Positions 22,744 through 26,000 of a stretch of DNA of 26,000 nucleotides are shown one piece after another; position 1 is the stretch's first letter, and each line of letters begins with the position of its first letter. A program made the translations under genes and the position numbers. Below the pieces are notes generated by a model. The model was not told where the DNA came from. It made no database searches and saw nothing but the letters and a program-made list of their open reading frames with translations. Source of the DNA: Chlamydiota bacterium (GTDB taxonomy: Bacteria; Auribacterota; Tritonobacteria; UBA1439); assembly GCA_037133055.1 (NCBI GenBank), contig JBAXOY010000036.1:1-26000 (forward strand), given 5' to 3'.

Positions 22744-24669
22744 CTACGCGCGCTCCTTGATGTCGTTGAGCAGGCCGCCCGCAAGGACGATGCGGCGCGC
22801 GCACCCGGGCAGCTCGAGGCGCGCGGGGATCTCCACGCTCCGGCTCACGTTTCGCACGACGACCCGCTCCCGCTCCCGCACGGCCTCCCGCACGCCCTCG
22901 ATCTGCAGCCGGTCGCCGAGGCGGAGCCGGGCGAGATCTCCCGCGTGCTCGAAGACGAGGGGGAGGATTCCGAAGTTCACGAGGTTCGCCCGGTGGATCC
23001 TGGCGAAGGAGCGGGCGATGACCGCCGCGACCCCGAGGAACCTCGGGGCGAGCGCCGCGTGCTCCCGGCTCGAGCCCTGCCCGTAGTTCTCGCCCGCGAC
23101 GACGATGCCGGTCCCCGCGGCCTTCGCCCGCCCGGTGAAGCCGGGGTCAAGCCGCTCGAAGGCGTGGCCCGCGAGGGCGGGGATGTTGGAGCGGAGCGGG
23201 AGGAGCCTGGCGCCGGCGGGCATGATGTCGTCGGTGCTCACGTTGTCGCCGCAGACGAGCACCACCGCGCCCTCCACGCGGTCGACGAGGGCGGGGAAGC
23301 GCGGGAGCGGCGCGATGTTCGGCCCCTTGACCACCTCGACCGCCTTCCGGTTCCGGGCCGGGCGCGCGATCATCCCGTCGTCCACAAGAAAGCGCGACGG
23401 GAGTCTCACGGACGGCGGATTCCCGAGGCGCCTCGGGTCGGCGATCTTCCCCGCGATCGCGGACGCGACCGCCACGGCGGGGCTGCACAGGTAGACCCCC
23501 GCGTCCGGCGTCCCGGCGCGCCCCTTGAAATTGCGGTTGAAGGTCCTGAGCGACACCCCCCCGGAGGGAGGCGCCTGCCCCATCCCGATGCAGGGGCCGC
23601 AGGCGTTCTCGAGGAGCCGCGCGCCCGCGGCGAGCATCGCGTCGAGCGCGCCGCTCGCGGCGATCATACGGAGCACCTGCCGAGACCCCGGCGAGACGGT
23701 CAGGCTTACCCCCGTGGCGACCGTGCGACCCCTCAACATCGCCGCCGCCTCCGTCATGTCTTTGAGCGAGGAGTTGGTGCAGCTCCCGATGCACACCTGG
23801 TCCACCCTCGTCCCCTCGATCGCGCGCACCGGGCGCACGCGGTCGGGGCTGTGGGGGACCGCCACGAGCGGCTCGAGCGCGTCGAGGTCCAGCTCCACGG
23901 TCTCCGCGTATTCGGCGCCCGCGTCCGCGGCCATCGGGCGCCACGCCTTCAGGCGCCCCTGCGCAGCGAGGAACTTCCGCGCCTGCGCGTCGGAGGGGAA
24001 GACGGATGAGGTGAGCCCCAGCTCCGTTCCCATGTTCGCGATCGTCGCGCGCTCAGGCACGGCAAGGGCGGCGAGCGCGGGGCCGCCGTACTCGAGCACC
24101 TTCCCCCTCCCCCACTTCACCCCGAAGCGCCTGAGCAGTTCGAGGACAATGTCCTTCGCCGAGACCCAGGGATGCAGTTTCCCACCCAGCCTCACGAGGA
24201 CGACCGAGGGCATGGCGAGGCGGAACGGCTCGCCGGCCATCGCGGCGGCGACGTCGAGGCCCCCGGCGCCGATGGCGAGCATCCCGAGTCCGCCGCAGGT
24301 GGGGGTGTGGCTGTCGGAGCCGAGAAGGGTCGCGCCGGGAGCCGCGAACCGCTCGAGGTGCACCTGGTGGCAGATGCCGTTGCCCGGGCGGGAGAACCAG
24401 ACGCCGTAGCGCGCGGCCGCCGTTTCGAGGTACCGGTGGTCGTCCGCGTTCTCGGGCCCGGCCTGGAGCGTGTTGTGGTCCACGTAGCTTACGGACAGGC
24501 GCGCGCGGGTCCTGTCGAGGCCGAGCGCCTCGAACTGGAGGAAGGCGAGGGTGCCCGTGGCGTCCTGGGTGAGGGTCTGGTCGATCCGGAGCGCGATCTC
24601 CTCGCCGGCCACGGCGCGTCCGGAGACGAGGTGCCGCGCGATGATCGCGCCCGTAAGGGTTTTTGCCAT
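22744..24669 (-). CDS. Aconitate hydratase (short ~640-aa aconitase-family enzyme)
   Basis: Motifs QTLTQDATGT, YVDHNTLQ, GICHQVHLE, GSDSHT, IGSCTN, CGPCIGMG, RTFNRNF, STDDIMP and GQGSSREHAAL; the three [4Fe-4S] cysteines are present. Confidence 0.9.
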   Translation of the reverse strand: MAKTLTGAIIARHLVSGRAVAGEEIALRIDQTLTQDATGTLAFLQFEALGLDRTRARLSVSYVDHNTLQAGPENADDHRYLETAAARYGVWFSRPGNGICHQVHLERFAAPGATLLGSDSHTPTCGGLGMLAIGAGGLDVAAAMAGEPFRLAMPSVVLVRLGGKLHPWVSAKDIVLELLRRFGVKWGRGKVLEYGGPALAALAVPERATIANMGTELGLTSSVFPSDAQARKFLAAQGRLKAWRPMAADAGAEYAETVELDLDALEPLVAVPHSPDRVRPVRAIEGTRVDQVCIGSCTNSSLKDMTEAAAMLRGRTVATGVSLTVSPGSRQVLRMIAASGALDAMLAAGARLLENACGPCIGMGQAPPSGGVSLRTFNRNFKGRAGTPDAGVYLCSPAVAVASAIAGKIADPRRLGNPPSVRLPSRFLVDDGMIARPARNRKAVEVVKGPNIAPLPRFPALVDRVEGAVVLVCGDNVSTDDIMPAGARLLPLRSNIPALAGHAFERLDPGFTGRAKAAGTGIVVAGENYGQGSSREHAALAPRFLGVAAVIARSFARIHRANLVNFGILPLVFEHAGDLARLRLGDRLQIEGVREAVRERERVVVRNVSRSVEIPARLELPGCARRIVLAGGLLNDIKERA

Positions 24670-24670
24670 G

Positions 24671-24871
24671 TTATTTCAGCATGATCTTCAGGCGGGTCTT
24701 CGCCTTCTCGAACTTGATCTTGTTCTCCCGCGCGAGCCACCCGAGCGCCATCTGGAGCTCGTCGTACGGAACCTTCACCGCCTTGATGAGCTCGGTCGGG
24801 GTCGCCGCTTTCTTCTGCTTCAGATGCTGATAGATCTTTCCCGCCGTTTCGCCGATCTTTCCCCACAGCAT
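24671..24871 (-). CDS. Small winged helix-turn-helix protein (DUF2582-like)
   Basis: MLWGKIGETAGKIYQHL...MALGWLARENKI matches the IG..AG.IW..L / ALGWLARE.KI pattern; AAAGGAG RBS; 66 aa; its stop is 1 bp before the aconitase start. Confidence 0.82.
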   Translation of the reverse strand: MLWGKIGETAGKIYQHLKQKKAATPTELIKAVKVPYDELQMALGWLARENKIKFEKAKTRLKIMLK

Positions 24872-24929
24872 GGATGGATCTCCTTTCTCCTCCCCGTGGG
24901 CGCCATGCCCCCCGGGACCGCGTGGAGGC

Positions 24930-24958
24930 ATGATACTACAACCGGGGCTTTGACTCAA
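24930..24958 (-). promoter_or_regulatory. Putative sigma70 promoter (TTGAGT-17 bp-TATCAT) for the wHTH-aconitase unit
   Basis: Plus strand shows atgata at 24930-24935 and actcaa at 24953-24958. Confidence 0.5.
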
Positions 24959-25020
24959 CAGGGGGAGGTCGCCGGCGCGCCCGATGCCGGGCCGGACCCC
25001 CGGCCCGGCCCTTACGCGGT

Positions 25021-25575
25021 TCACGACTCCAGCAGGGAGAAGAGTTCCTCGTTGGAGAGCACCCGGGCGACGTAGCGAGAGAGGTAGGCAAGCGTCACGC
25101 GCTCGTGCGCGGCGTCGTAGGTGTCCACGCAGTCCCTGGCGATGATCACGTCGTAGTCCCGCTGGTAGGCGTCGAGGGCGGTGACCCGGATGCAGGCGTG
25201 CGTCAGGAACCCGGCGAGCACGAGCGTGTCGAGACCGCGCACCGCGAGGAGTCGGTCGAGCTCGGTGCCGTGGAACGCGCTCCAGCGGGTCTTGTGGATC
25301 ACCGTCTCGTCCGGCCTCCGGCCGACCGACTCAAGCTCCCCCATCCCCTCCGTGCCCTCGACGCAGATCCTGAAATCGTCCCGCTTCATCTGCCGCGTCC
25401 AGGTGCTCCGGTCCTCCTTGTGGAGCGTGAGGAGGTGGATGATCGGGAGCTTCCGCTCCCTGAAGAAGGAGGTCAGACGGCGCACGCTCGCATCGAACTT
25501 CGCGGGGGGCTTGAGGAGGGGGAAAAGTCGTGGGAAATCTTTCTGCAGGTCAATGGTGAGCAGCACGGGATTCAT
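25021..25575 (-). CDS. Isochorismatase-family cysteine hydrolase
   Basis: Asp-Lys-Cys triad contexts LLTIDLQKDF, HKTRWSAF and AGFLTHACIRVTALDAYQRDY. Confidence 0.9.
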   Translation of the reverse strand: MNPVLLTIDLQKDFPRLFPLLKPPAKFDASVRRLTSFFRERKLPIIHLLTLHKEDRSTWTRQMKRDDFRICVEGTEGMGELESVGRRPDETVIHKTRWSAFHGTELDRLLAVRGLDTLVLAGFLTHACIRVTALDAYQRDYDVIIARDCVDTYDAAHERVTLAYLSRYVARVLSNEELFSLLES

Positions 25576-25583
25576 TTTCGCCG

Positions 25584-25612
25584 TTTATAGCACATCATGC
25601 GGGGAGGGGCAA
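25584..25612 (-). promoter_or_regulatory. Putative promoter TTGCCC-17 bp-(TG.)TATAAA, -10 only 8 bp before the ATG
   Basis: Plus strand shows tttatagca at 25584-25592 and gggcaa at 25607-25612. Confidence 0.5.
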
Positions 25613-25716
25613 TATAATGCGCGCGCGATCCGCAATCGGGGTGAAGCGAACTCCATGCAGCGCCGTAGTGGGACAGTTTCGGGGGGTACAACTCCCATAC
25701 TGATCCGGCTTTAACG

Positions 25717-26000
25717 GTAGCACGCAGATGAACGCAGATCGTCAGGATAGACAGGATATAAAATACGACAAAATACTTTTGGACGCGGATCGCCGCGGAT
25801 GCACGCGGATGGGACAACAGCCTAAAGTTTAAAGTTCAAGGTAAAGAGGCATTCAGGACGCAGATTTCGCAGATGAACGCAGATAAAGAAACAGCACATG
25901 ATTTTCAGGAATGAATGGGACGCGGAGCCTCCTTCTCTTCCCGCTTATTCCCTTGAACTTTCAACCGTAGTTTTATCTGCGTACTCTGCGTTCATCTGCG
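25717..26000. repeat. AT-richer non-coding region built of CGC(A/G)GAT 9-10-mer repeats and nested inverted repeats (may continue past window end)
   Basis: Direct blocks at 25723-25757, 25784-25810 and 25858-25887; inverted block at 25971-26000; inverted pair AAAGTTCAAGG (25831-25841) / CCTTGAACTTT (25951-25961). Confidence 0.8.

Noticed and set aside
25572..25817. 81-aa minus-strand ORF with a hydrophobic stretch
   Set aside because: It is derived from translating the repeat mosaic and overlaps the isochorismatase promoter; no RBS or motif support.
20450..26000. Genomic island integrated at tRNA-Leu
   Set aside because: I saw no duplicated tRNA 3' end or integrase in the window; downstream genes (skp-like, aconitase) look like core genes with the same GC style.

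Overview
High-GC (about 70% by eye) bacterial chromosomal window, probably from a diderm because it encodes Skp/OmpH, lipoproteins and peptidoglycan-recycling enzymes. It is densely packed with about 28 CDS and one tRNA-Leu(CAG). Gene order: 5'-truncated PHP phosphoesterase, DUF362/4Fe-4S protein, queD, exported HEAT-repeat protein and glnA on +. A minus-strand run follows (read right to left: amgK-like kinase, murU-like nucleotidyltransferase, Tudor-like hypothetical, LPG-synthase-TM/flippase-like protein, MBL hydrolase, xerD, CHASE2-only membrane protein), divergent from ldcA-mpl. Next come a lipoprotein and csp (-), then rmuC, a DnaE-derived protein, azoR, tspO, a bile-acid:Na symporter-like gene and tRNA-Leu (+). 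The window ends with DUF6884-like, degenerate M23, Skp-like lipoprotein, aconitase, DUF2582-like wHTH and isochorismatase genes (-). The most striking element is a 552-aa DnaE paralog directly behind rmuC: all nine PHP metal ligands are kept, while the polymerase catalytic motifs have decayed and the fingers/OB regions are missing. Other oddities are a PcrA/UvrD-Tudor-like domain fused to a putative Zn domain, a catalytically degenerate M23 protein, an output-less CHASE2 sensor, and several families of short intergenic 7-10-mer tandem or palindromic repeats. No CRISPR array, prophage or transposase is evident. All family calls come from manual motif recognition; no searches were run.
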